From Salibacteraceae bacterium (GTDB taxonomy: Bacteria > Pseudomonadota > Gammaproteobacteria > HK1), in contig CAXMNG010000251.1 in assembly GCA_964194585.1 (NCBI GenBank), forward strand, positions 1 to 46,459: a stretch of DNA of 46,459 bases, given 5' to 3'. Each line of letters starts with the position of its first letter. The first letter of the stretch is position 1. The notes beneath the pieces are model-generated. The model had not been told where the DNA came from. It saw only the letters and a list, made by a program, of their open reading frames with translations, and ran no database searches. Below, piece by piece: positions 17,546-26,106 of the stretch. Both the position numbers and the translations under genes were made by a program.

Positions 17546-18577
17546 TCAGCGGCTGGAAAAGCGGTTTCCGGACAGGAACTGCCAGGTTCTTTCCACGTGC
17601 AGGATGTCCGTTTCCTCGGCAATGCTTTTGGGAAATCTGGCGAAGGGCGAGGCCAGTTTGACGATACGGATGGCGGCGTCATCCAGAACTTTTTTCCCCG
17701 AGGAGCGCCGTAGAATGATTTCGTCGACGCTGCCGTCCGGCCGCAGTGCCACGTCGAGAAGCAGATTCCCCGACAGATTCGCGCGGCGCGCTTCGTCGGG
17801 ATAATTGAGGTTACCCACGCGCTCGACCTTCTGGCGCCAGGCTTCCATGTAAGCCGCGTACTTGTGCTCCCTGGTTCTGGCGGTGATCCATTTGCGCTTG
17901 GGTCGCTTGGCATAGGCCTGCAGCCGCCGGTCGATTTCCGCGCTCAGGCTGGCCATCGCGAGACTGCGATTGATGAGCGCCGCTGCCGTCAGCGCCTGGG
18001 TCTTCTGCGGCGGGGTTTCCGGTTGCGCCTGGGGCTCGGGCTGTGGCTCCGGGCGTTTGTCGGCCTTGGCGACGGTGCGCGGGTCGGGCTCGGGCGCGGG
18101 CTCGACGCTCGGCTTGCTCATGAATTTTTCCGGCGTCTCGACTTGGGTCTGGGTGAGTACGGGGGTCGGTGGCGCGCTCGGCGTGAGATCCTCGGCGGCG
18201 GCGGACTTCGTGGCCACCGGCTCGAGTTCGGCGCTCAGGACCTCCTCGCGGAAGGGAATCGGCGGTGATGCCATGGCGATGTCGGGGATTGGACCCACGA
18301 AGGGTGCTCGCAACGGTGTGGCCGGTCGCGCCGCTTCCTCGCTCTCGCCACCGCCGTCCTGGTTGGCCTGGGCCAGATAGTCCGCTTCATCGGGCTGATC
18401 CTCGCTTTTGCGCTGCACGAGCACGATTTCCAGGGTGCTGATTAGCTCCCGGGCCCGCTCGTGGGGCGCGAAAGTGACCCCCAGGACCACGATGGCGTGG
18501 GCGGCGATGGCGATAAAGAGCGTGAATCCCAGCCGATCGGCGGATTCTACGGTCGGCGGGGCCGTGATGGCGTGCAC
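17546..18577 (-). CDS. TonB-family energy transducer (TonB3-like position)
   Basis: N-terminal TM helix, Pro/Glu-rich spacer (PEPQPEPQAQPETPP), and a C-terminal TonB domain (NLNYPDEARRANLSGNLLLDVALRPDGSV..RSSGKKVLDDAAIRIV). Confidence 0.8.
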   Translation of the reverse strand: MHAITAPPTVESADRLGFTLFIAIAAHAIVVLGVTFAPHERARELISTLEIVLVQRKSEDQPDEADYLAQANQDGGGESEEAARPATPLRAPFVGPIPDIAMASPPIPFREEVLSAELEPVATKSAAAEDLTPSAPPTPVLTQTQVETPEKFMSKPSVEPAPEPDPRTVAKADKRPEPQPEPQAQPETPPQKTQALTAAALINRSLAMASLSAEIDRRLQAYAKRPKRKWITARTREHKYAAYMEAWRQKVERVGNLNYPDEARRANLSGNLLLDVALRPDGSVDEIILRRSSGKKVLDDAAIRIVKLASPFARFPKSIAEETDILHVERTWQFLSGNRFSSR

Positions 18578-18644
18578 TCAGACGGAATCCAGGCTGAAAA
18601 CCCCTCGAATTATAGTCGTTAGTTGTGTCTCCGGGGATGACCCA

Positions 18645-19595
18645 TCATTTCTCCAACAGTGTTTCGATCGCATCCATCAGCTGTGCACCGATGTCGAGTC
18701 CGTAGATGGCATCCAGCTCTCGGATGCAGGTGGGGCTGGTCACGTTGATCTCCGTGACGTGGTCACCGATCACGTCGAGGCCAACGAACAAGAGGCCCTT
18801 GTCCCTGACCGCCGGCCCGATTTGCGCCGCGATCCAACGGTCGCGCTCGCCCAGCTCGACGCCGACTCCGGTGGCGCCTGCGGCGAGATTTCCCCGCGAG
18901 TCACCTTCGGCCGGCACCCGTGCCAGCGCGTAGGGAAGAGGCTCACCGTTTATCAACAGCACGCGCTTATCTCCGTCGCGGATTTCCGGCAGAAAGCGCT
19001 GTGCCATGATGAAGCGACTCTGGTGACGGGTCATGGTCTCGAAGATGACGTTGGTATTGGGCTCGCCTTCGTCGACGCGAAAAATGGACGCGCCTCCCAT
19101 GCCATCCAGTGGCTTGACGATGATCTGCTTCTCGACATTGAGAAACTCGTAGAGGCGTGACAGCTCACGGGTTACCAGCGTTGGCGGACAGCATTGCGGG
19201 AACCAGGCCGTGTACATCTTCTCGTTGGCATCGCGCAGGCTTTGCGGCTTGTTGACCACCAGCACACCGGTCTGCTCGGCGCGCTCGAGCAGGTAGGTGG
19301 CGTAGATGTACTCCATATCGAAAGGCGGATCTTTGCGCATCAGTACCACATCGAGCTGCGACAGCGGTCTGGTTTCGGACTCGCCCAGGTCGAACCAATC
19401 TTGTCGGTCGTCCCGTACTACCAGCGGCCGCATGCGCCCATAACAGACGCCATCGCGAAAAAAAAGATCCTTCAGCTCCATGTATTCGAGCGGCCAACCG
19501 CGCGCCTGGGCGGCAAGCAGCATCGCGAGCGTGCTGTCTTTCTTGACGGTGATTTCTGAAATCGGGTCCATGACGACCCCGAGCTTGACGGTCAT
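18645..19595 (-). CDS. gshB: glutathione synthetase
   Basis: MTVKLGVVMDPI..; ATP-grasp core. ATG 19595 has GGAGAA 4 nt upstream and is preferred over the 19721 ORF-track start. Confidence 0.93.
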   Translation of the reverse strand: MTVKLGVVMDPISEITVKKDSTLAMLLAAQARGWPLEYMELKDLFFRDGVCYGRMRPLVVRDDRQDWFDLGESETRPLSQLDVVLMRKDPPFDMEYIYATYLLERAEQTGVLVVNKPQSLRDANEKMYTAWFPQCCPPTLVTRELSRLYEFLNVEKQIIVKPLDGMGGASIFRVDEGEPNTNVIFETMTRHQSRFIMAQRFLPEIRDGDKRVLLINGEPLPYALARVPAEGDSRGNLAAGATGVGVELGERDRWIAAQIGPAVRDKGLLFVGLDVIGDHVTEINVTSPTCIRELDAIYGLDIGAQLMDAIETLLEK

Positions 19596-19742
19596 GGCGT
19601 TCTCCGCAGACTGAATAGGTGTGACCGGCTGTACGCGTGCGACGAGACCAGTTGTCAGATGATACACGGCGATGAGGAGGGCCGGAATTCGAGAGCCCCA
19701 CCGTCCGGCGGGCGCTGGCATTCCCGCTGATCGTCAGTGAGA

Positions 19743-20678
19743 ATGGAAACGATGGGTGTAATTCGCATTGCAACACGCAATAGTTCCCTTGCCCTGTGGC
19801 AGGCGGAGCATGTGGGCGGGCAGTTGCGCGAAATTCACCCCGGCCTGGATGTCGAGCTGGTGCCCATGTCGACCCAGGGCGACAAGCTGCTGGATGCGCC
19901 CCTCGCCAAGGTGGGCGGCAAGGGCCTCTTCATCAAGGAACTGGAGCACGCCCTGCTTGCCGGAAGCGCCGATATAGCCGTTCACTCGCTCAAGGATGTG
20001 CCTGTGGAAATTCCCGCCGGTCTCGCGCTACCGGTATTCCTGGCCCGCGGCGATGCCCGCGACGGCCTGGTCTGCAACCATCACGATAGCCTCGCGGCGC
20101 TTCCCCGGGGTGCACGGATCGGAACCTCGAGCCTGCGCCGGCAGTGCCAGCTTCTGGCCGCCAGGCCCGATTTCGACGTGGTCACGTTGCGCGGCGGCGT
20201 ACCGACGCGGCTCGCCAAGCTGGATGACGGGGACTTCGATGCCCTGATCCTCGCGGTCGCCGGATTGCAGCGCCTGGGGCTGGCGGAACGCGTGGCCGAG
20301 GTGCTGGAGCCCGATGTGATCCTTCCGGCGGTTGGTCAGGGGGTGCTCGGCATAGAGTGCCGGGACGGCGATTCGCGTGTACAGACGCTCATCGCAGTGC
20401 TCGACGATGCCGACACCGCGGCGCGTGTGATCGCCGAGCGCGCCATGAACGAGAGACTGGGGGGCGGCTGTCAGGTGCCCATCGCCGGCTTTGCCGAGCT
20501 CGATGGCGAGGAGCTCCGGCTTCGCGCGCTCGTGGCAAGCCCCGATGGCCGCACGGTGTTGCGCGCCGAGGGGCGCGTGCTCCGCGAGCAGGGCCGGCAG
20601 GTCGGGCGATCGGTGGCCGAGGATCTCTTGTCCCAGGGTGCCGATCGCATTCTTGGCGAGGTTTACGCCAATGGCTGA
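19743..20678 (+). CDS. hemC: hydroxymethylbilane synthase (porphobilinogen deaminase)
   Basis: [31 protein letters not shown]. The start is ambiguous among GTG 19737, ATG 19743 and ATG 19752. Confidence 0.93.
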   Translation: METMGVIRIATRNSSLALWQAEHVGGQLREIHPGLDVELVPMSTQGDKLLDAPLAKVGGKGLFIKELEHALLAGSADIAVHSLKDVPVEIPAGLALPVFLARGDARDGLVCNHHDSLAALPRGARIGTSSLRRQCQLLAARPDFDVVTLRGGVPTRLAKLDDGDFDALILAVAGLQRLGLAERVAEVLEPDVILPAVGQGVLGIECRDGDSRVQTLIAVLDDADTAARVIAERAMNERLGGGCQVPIAGFAELDGEELRLRALVASPDGRTVLRAEGRVLREQGRQVGRSVAEDLLSQGADRILGEVYANG

Positions 20679-20683
20679 GGTCG

Positions 20684-21505
20684 ATGGCTGATATCGGCGC
20701 TCGCGGCTCTGACTGCTCGCTGGCCGGGCTGCGCGTGCTCGTCACCCGACCGCGGCATCAGAGTGCCGGACTGGTGACGCTCATCGAGCAGCACGGCGGC
20801 ACCGCGATCCGTTTTCCCGTGATTGAAATCCTGCCGGCGCGGGACCCTCGGACCGCGCGCGCGGTGCTCGATTCCCTCGATGACTTCGCACTGGTGATAT
20901 TCGTAAGCCCGAACGCCGTCGAGCACGGGCTCGCCGTCCTGGATGCGGCGCGCGTGCCGGAATCGCGCGCCCTTTTCGCGGCAGTGGGCGAGAGCACCGC
21001 CGCTGCTCTGGCGCAGGCCGGCGCAGCGGCAGTGCTGTGGCCCACAGAGGGCTCCAGCAGCGAAGCGCTGCTGGCGCTCCCGGAGCTCGGCGAGACAGCG
21101 GTGGTGGGGTCCAGGATTCTCATCGTCAGGGGCGAGGGCGGCCGGCGACTGCTGGGGGATACGCTCTCGAAGCGAGGCGCGCGGGTGACGTATGCTGAGG
21201 TGTACCGGCGCGCGGCCCCCGAGGTTGACGGTGGTGGGCTTGGGTCTCGCGGCAGGAATGGCGGTGTCGACACGATCGTCATAACGAGTGTCGCTGGAAT
21301 CGAGAATCTGTTCGCCATGCTGGGGGAGGGTGCCGCCGGTTGGTTGAAGGAGGCGGGTTACGTGGTAGTCAGTGAGCGGTTGGCCGCCCATGCGCGCGCA
21401 CTGGGGATCAAGGAGAAACCGGTGATCGCCGCCGGCGCCGATGATGGGGCTCTGCTCGAGGCTCTGCATCGGTGGCGCGCGGCTCACCCGGCCGATGGAA
21501 AGTAA
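20684..21505 (+). CDS. hemD: uroporphyrinogen-III synthase
   Basis: Homology starts at MADIG..LAGLRVLVTRPRHQSAGL. ATG 20684 lies 5 nt after the hemC stop. The Arg-rich 109-aa extension in the ORF track is out-of-frame read-through of hemC. Confidence 0.85.
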   Translation: MADIGARGSDCSLAGLRVLVTRPRHQSAGLVTLIEQHGGTAIRFPVIEILPARDPRTARAVLDSLDDFALVIFVSPNAVEHGLAVLDAARVPESRALFAAVGESTAAALAQAGAAAVLWPTEGSSSEALLALPELGETAVVGSRILIVRGEGGRRLLGDTLSKRGARVTYAEVYRRAAPEVDGGGLGSRGRNGGVDTIVITSVAGIENLFAMLGEGAAGWLKEAGYVVVSERLAAHARALGIKEKPVIAAGADDGALLEALHRWRAAHPADGK

Positions 21506-21506
21506 A

Positions 21507-21776
21507 ATGACGAGCCGCGAACTCACCATAGTCAACAAGCTCGGACTGCACGCGCGGGCAGCCGCCAAGCTGGTGACCCTGGCATCGGGCTTCGAGAGTG
21601 ATATCACTATCAAACGTGGTGGTCAGCAAGTGAATGCGAAGAGCATCATGGGTGTCATGATGCTGGCAGCGGCCAAGGGTGTGATGATCGAAATCTGCGT
21701 CGACGGCAACGATGCCGATGAGGCGCTCGCGGAGATCACGCGGTTGGTGCAGAACCGCTTCGGCGAGGCGGAGTAA
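21507..21776 (+). CDS. ptsH: HPr-family phosphocarrier protein
   Basis: 89 aa. Active-site NKLGLHARAAAKL (His15) and a KSIMGVMML (Ser46) region. The start lies 1 nt after the hemD stop. Confidence 0.88.
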   Translation: MTSRELTIVNKLGLHARAAAKLVTLASGFESDITIKRGGQQVNAKSIMGVMMLAAAKGVMIEICVDGNDADEALAEITRLVQNRFGEAE

Positions 21777-21790
21777 ATGGATACGGGCAG

Positions 21791-23527
21791 ATGACCTTTT
21801 CGCTTCACGGTATCGGCGCCTCCAAGGGCATTGCCATCGGTAAGGCGCACATCGTCACGCGCGGATTGTTGGAGGTGCCCGAGTACACGCTCGAAAAGCC
21901 CGCGGTCGAAAGTGAAGTCAGACGCTTCAGAAAGGCGATTGCCGGCGCCCGTAGTGACCTGGGCGCTATCAAGGACCAGATACCACCCGATACCGCCATC
22001 GACATTGCGGCCTTCATCGACACGCACCTGTTGATGCTCGACGATCCCGCCATCACCAAGGCTCCTATTAAGCTCATTCGGGAAGAGCAACGCAATGCCG
22101 AATGGGCTCTCAAGGTGCAACGCGATGCACTGGTCAGCGTGTTCGATGCCATGGACGACACTTACCTTCGCACACGCAAGGACGACATCGATCATGTCGT
22201 CAACTCCGTGCAAATGCGCCTGTTGCACAGTGACAAGCCCATGCTGCACGCCGACGTCTCGTTTGCCGGGAAGATCGTAGTCGCCGACGACCTGACTCCC
22301 GCGGACACCGTGCTCATGCAGCATCAGGGCGTCGCCGCGTTGGTTACCGAGTTCGGCGGGCCGAACTCGCATACCGCGATTCTCGCCCGGAGTCTGCGAA
22401 TTCCGGCGGTGGTCGGTCTGCACAATGCCGGGTCATACTTGCGCGAGAACGACGCGCTCATCATCGACGGCCGTCAGGGCGTCGTGCTCGTCGACCCCGA
22501 CGAGCAGATGATTCGCCACTATAAGAAGCTGCAACGTGAGATCGTGCGCATAGACGTGGCGCGGCGTAAGCTGCGGTACGCGCCCACCGTAACCTCCGAT
22601 GGTGAATCCATCGTTCTGCAGGCCAACGTCGAGTTACCCGCGGATCTGGATACCGCCGTCCAAGTAGGTGCCCAGGGTATCGGTCTCTACCGGACGGAGT
22701 ACCTGTTCATGAATCGCGAGCAGGCGCCGGACGAGGAGGAGCAGTATCAGGCATATGCCGAAGTTGTGCGCGCCGGGGAGGGCGCGCCGGTGACGATCCG
22801 CACGCTGGATCTCGGCGCCGACAAGCAGGTGGACGGTTCCAGGCCCGGCGCGCCCTTGACCTCCAATCCAGCCCTGGGGCTGCGCGCGGTGCGCTTGTGC
22901 CTGAAAGAGCCGGGGCTGTTCCGTCCGCAGCTACGCGCAATTCTCCGCACCTCCGCTCACAGCCCCGTGCGCATGATGATTCCGATGCTGTCGACCATGA
23001 GCGAGCTGGCGCAGGTGCTGGATCTTGTCGCGTCCTGCCGTCAGGAACTCGATGACGAGGGGCAGCTCTATGATAAGGCCATGCCCATCGGCGCCATGAT
23101 CGAGGTGCCGGCAGCAGCGATATGCGCCGACATATTCGCCCGCGAGCTGGATTTTCTGTCCATCGGCACCAACGATCTTATCCAATACACCATTGCCATC
23201 GATCGCGTGGATGACGAGGTCAACTACCTTTACGATCCGCTTCACCCGGCAGTGCTGCGCCTTATTCAAACGACGATACGAGCCGGGCAGAAGATGGGAA
23301 TTCCCGTCGCAATGTGCGGAGAGATGGCGGGCGACGCCCGTTACACGCGGTTGCTGTTGGGCATGGGACTGAAAGAATTCAGCGTGCATCCCAATGCGCT
23401 TCTGGAAGTGAAGCAGGTGATTACCGAAAGTCGTGTCGGGGAGAGTCGAAAGTTCACGCAGCGTGTCATGCGGGTCATCAAGTCGACCACACGTACCGCG
23501 TTGCTCGAAGAGATGAATCGAACCTGA
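21791..23527 (+). CDS. ptsI: phosphoenolpyruvate-protein phosphotransferase (PTS Enzyme I, no GAF domain)
   Basis: 578 aa. Phospho-His loop GGPNSHTAILARSLRIPAVVG and a C-terminal PEP-utilising TIM-barrel motif (SIGTNDLIQY). Confidence 0.92.
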   Translation: MTFSLHGIGASKGIAIGKAHIVTRGLLEVPEYTLEKPAVESEVRRFRKAIAGARSDLGAIKDQIPPDTAIDIAAFIDTHLLMLDDPAITKAPIKLIREEQRNAEWALKVQRDALVSVFDAMDDTYLRTRKDDIDHVVNSVQMRLLHSDKPMLHADVSFAGKIVVADDLTPADTVLMQHQGVAALVTEFGGPNSHTAILARSLRIPAVVGLHNAGSYLRENDALIIDGRQGVVLVDPDEQMIRHYKKLQREIVRIDVARRKLRYAPTVTSDGESIVLQANVELPADLDTAVQVGAQGIGLYRTEYLFMNREQAPDEEEQYQAYAEVVRAGEGAPVTIRTLDLGADKQVDGSRPGAPLTSNPALGLRAVRLCLKEPGLFRPQLRAILRTSAHSPVRMMIPMLSTMSELAQVLDLVASCRQELDDEGQLYDKAMPIGAMIEVPAAAICADIFARELDFLSIGTNDLIQYTIAIDRVDDEVNYLYDPLHPAVLRLIQTTIRAGQKMGIPVAMCGEMAGDARYTRLLLGMGLKEFSVHPNALLEVKQVITESRVGESRKFTQRVMRVIKSTTRTALLEEMNRT

Positions 23528-23549
23528 CTATTTCTGGGTGCCTTAGACG

Positions 23550-24911
23550 ATGACTCAGCATGCCGATGAAGACCGACACCAGGAAAATCTCCGTCGACTG
23601 AACGACGCGCTGGAACGCGAGGCGATCAGTGAGGTGTACGCACTGGTTCGGGAGCTGCATCCAGCCGATGCAGCTCTTCTCCTGGAGTCGTTGCCCGAAG
23701 GGGAGCGGGACATCGTCTGGTCGCAGTTGGATCCGCTCTCCGTCGCCGAGGTGCTGGCTGAGGCGGACGATGCGGTACGCGCCTCGCACATGCGCCACAT
23801 GGCCCCACAGGCACTGGCCGCGGTTGCCCAGGAGGTCGATCCGGACGATGCCGCCGACATTCTCCAGGACCTTCCCGAGCCGGTCGCCGATGAAGTGCTG
23901 CAGGCCATGGACGAGCAGCATCGCGAGCGTCTGGAGGCCGTGCTCGCCTATCCCGAGGATACTGCCGGCGGTCTGATGAACGTGGACGTGCTCACCGTGC
24001 GGGCTGACGTGACCCTTGAAACGGTGCTGCGCTATCTACGACGGCGAGGGGAGATCCCGGAGAGGACCAACCGGCTTTTCGTCGTCGACCGGGAGAATGC
24101 GTACGTGGGCATGCTGCGGCTCGCCGATCTTCTGATCAGTGATCCGGATGATTCCGTAGAGTTACACATTATTGATGAGCGGGATCCGATACTGGCGACC
24201 ATGGCGTCCCACGAAGTGGCGCGGCTGTTCGAGCAACGAAACCTCATTTCTGCGCCGGTGGTGGACGAGGCTGGAAAGCTCATCGGACGCATCACCGTCG
24301 ATGACGTTGTCGACGTCATCCGCGACGAAGGCGAGCAAACCTTGATGCGTATGGCGGGTCTCGACGAGGAAGATGACATATTCGCCCCCGTACTCATCAC
24401 GTCGCGGCGCCGGATGCTATGGCTCGGCGTCAACCTGGCGACGGCGCTTCTTGCCGCCTGGGTGATAGGGCTGTTCGAGGCCACCATCGAAAAGGTCGTG
24501 GCGCTCGCCGTCCTCATGCCGGTGGTCGCCAGCATGGGCGGCGTCGCGGGTAGCCAGACGCTGACCATCGTCATTCGCGGCATGGCGCTCGGGCAGGTGG
24601 GCCCGAGTAACGCCCGTTGGCTCTTGAACCGCGAAATGATGGTGGGCTTCATCAACAGCTTGTTGTGGGCCCTGGTGGTGGCGCTGGTCGCCACCTACTG
24701 GTTCGGGTGGCCGGCGCTGGGGGGTATCGTGGCGATCGCCCTGATCGTAAACCTGGTCATTGCCGCGATCGCTGGAACCGTGCTGCCATTGGTCATGCGC
24801 AGACTGATGATAGACCCGGCGCTGGCCGGTGGCGTCGTCCTCACCACCGTCACCGACGTGGTGGGTTTCGTGACCTTCCTCGGTCTGGGTGCGTTGTTTC
24901 TGGTGAACTAG
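23550..24911 (+). CDS. mgtE: magnesium transporter MgtE
   Basis: 453 aa. MgtE N-domain, tandem CBS region, and a C-terminal 5-TM domain (GGVAGSQT.., VTDVVGF). Confidence 0.93.
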   Translation: MTQHADEDRHQENLRRLNDALEREAISEVYALVRELHPADAALLLESLPEGERDIVWSQLDPLSVAEVLAEADDAVRASHMRHMAPQALAAVAQEVDPDDAADILQDLPEPVADEVLQAMDEQHRERLEAVLAYPEDTAGGLMNVDVLTVRADVTLETVLRYLRRRGEIPERTNRLFVVDRENAYVGMLRLADLLISDPDDSVELHIIDERDPILATMASHEVARLFEQRNLISAPVVDEAGKLIGRITVDDVVDVIRDEGEQTLMRMAGLDEEDDIFAPVLITSRRRMLWLGVNLATALLAAWVIGLFEATIEKVVALAVLMPVVASMGGVAGSQTLTIVIRGMALGQVGPSNARWLLNREMMVGFINSLLWALVVALVATYWFGWPALGGIVAIALIVNLVIAAIAGTVLPLVMRRLMIDPALAGGVVLTTVTDVVGFVTFLGLGALFLVN

Positions 24912-24936
24912 TGTCGGAATGCGGGCTCGGCTCGAT

Positions 24937-25308
24937 CTACCAGCGGAATATCACCCAGCCGGGGATCGCGAACGGTGGGTTGTAATTGTTAAACCGCGTG
25001 TCCGTGAAGCCGTCGCCGGTGGTGTCCACCAGCCAGTAGGTAGGGCCCACGACCGGTTCCACCTTGATGGACTGTAGCCGGCCGTTGATGCGGTATTCGG
25101 TGATGGTCTGTTTATCATCCCTGCGGATGGTGATTTCCGGCTCCAGGGTTTCGCCGCTTTTTACCCGTGGCGGGATGTCCGGGGGCTCGGGTACCGCCTG
25201 CAGGGTCGGCGACTCGCCGGTGGCCACCGGTACCGGCTCGGCAGCGGCGAATCCGCACACGATCCACGCAACGATGGTTCCCAGCGTGATGGCTGATGAT
25301 TTTCGCAA
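24937..25308 (-). CDS. DUF2782 family periplasmic protein; start uncertain
   Basis: The C-terminal core ITIRRDDKQTITEYRINGRLQSIKVEPVVGPTYWLVDTTGDG..IPGWVIFRW matches DUF2782. TTG at 25308 gives a clean signal peptide and avoids overlapping the upstream LOG gene, whereas the ATG alternatives (25380/25389) overlap it. Confidence 0.65.
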   Translation of the reverse strand: MRKSSAITLGTIVAWIVCGFAAAEPVPVATGESPTLQAVPEPPDIPPRVKSGETLEPEITIRRDDKQTITEYRINGRLQSIKVEPVVGPTYWLVDTTGDGFTDTRFNNYNPPFAIPGWVIFRW

Positions 25309-25321
25309 AACCCGACAGTCT

Positions 25322-26050
25322 TTAAAGATGTAAGAGTATCTCGCGTTCCGCTGCCGAGGGTTCGAAGCAACGATTGTCATAGTACGCAAAGATAGCTTCG
25401 ACTACTTCCTCCGGCTTGTCCACCAATTGAAACAGATTCAGGTCGTCTGGATCGATGGTTCCTTCCGTCACCAGGGTTTGACGGAACCATTGAACAAGGC
25501 CATCCCAGAACTTGCTGTCAACGAGAACGATAGGGATGCGCCGTGTCTTTCCGGTTTGTACCAGGGTGAGAATCTCGGCCATCTCGTCCAGGGTTCCGAA
25601 GCCGCCAGGGAGCACTACGTAGGCCGAGGCGAATTTCACGAACATGACCTTGCGCGCGAAGAAATGCCGAAAACTCAAGCCCAGATCCTGGTACTCGTTC
25701 GATGCCTGCTCATGAGGGAGGGTGATATTGAGACCTACGCTGAGGGATTTTCCCGCGTAGGCACCTTTGTTGACAGCTTCCATGATTCCCGGCCCGCCGC
25801 CGCTGATTACCGAAAAGCCGGCATTCGACAGGCGCTCGGCGATGTCCGTGGCGAGCAAATAGTTGGGATGGTCGGCCGCGGTGCGTGCCGAGCCGAATAT
25901 GCTCACAGACGGTGGGATAGAGGCAAGTTTCTCGAAGCCTTCCACGAACTCCGCCATGATTTGAAAGATTTTCCAGGATTCCCGTGTCAGTTCTCTATCA
26001 TCGATTGCGGGCACACGGGGGCGTTCCAATTGCGAATTGAGGTTATTCAT
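25322..26050 (-). CDS. LOG family protein (TIGR00730 Rossmann fold nucleotide phosphoribohydrolase)
   Basis: ISGGGPGIMEAVNKGA and PGGFGTLDEMAEILTLVQTGK motifs; 242 aa. Confidence 0.88.
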   Translation of the reverse strand: MNNLNSQLERPRVPAIDDRELTRESWKIFQIMAEFVEGFEKLASIPPSVSIFGSARTAADHPNYLLATDIAERLSNAGFSVISGGGPGIMEAVNKGAYAGKSLSVGLNITLPHEQASNEYQDLGLSFRHFFARKVMFVKFASAYVVLPGGFGTLDEMAEILTLVQTGKTRRIPIVLVDSKFWDGLVQWFRQTLVTEGTIDPDDLNLFQLVDKPEEVVEAIFAYYDNRCFEPSAAEREILLHL

Positions 26051-26106
26051 GGCTGATTTCCGTTACTGTGGTCTGTACTCTGTCTGGAACAAGACGGTCT
26101 AGTCCT

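Noticed and set aside
20357-20683. 109-aa Arg-rich N-terminal extension of the hemD ORF.
   Set aside because: It overlaps the hemC coding sequence out of frame. HemD homology and a sensible ATG begin at 20684, right after the hemC stop.
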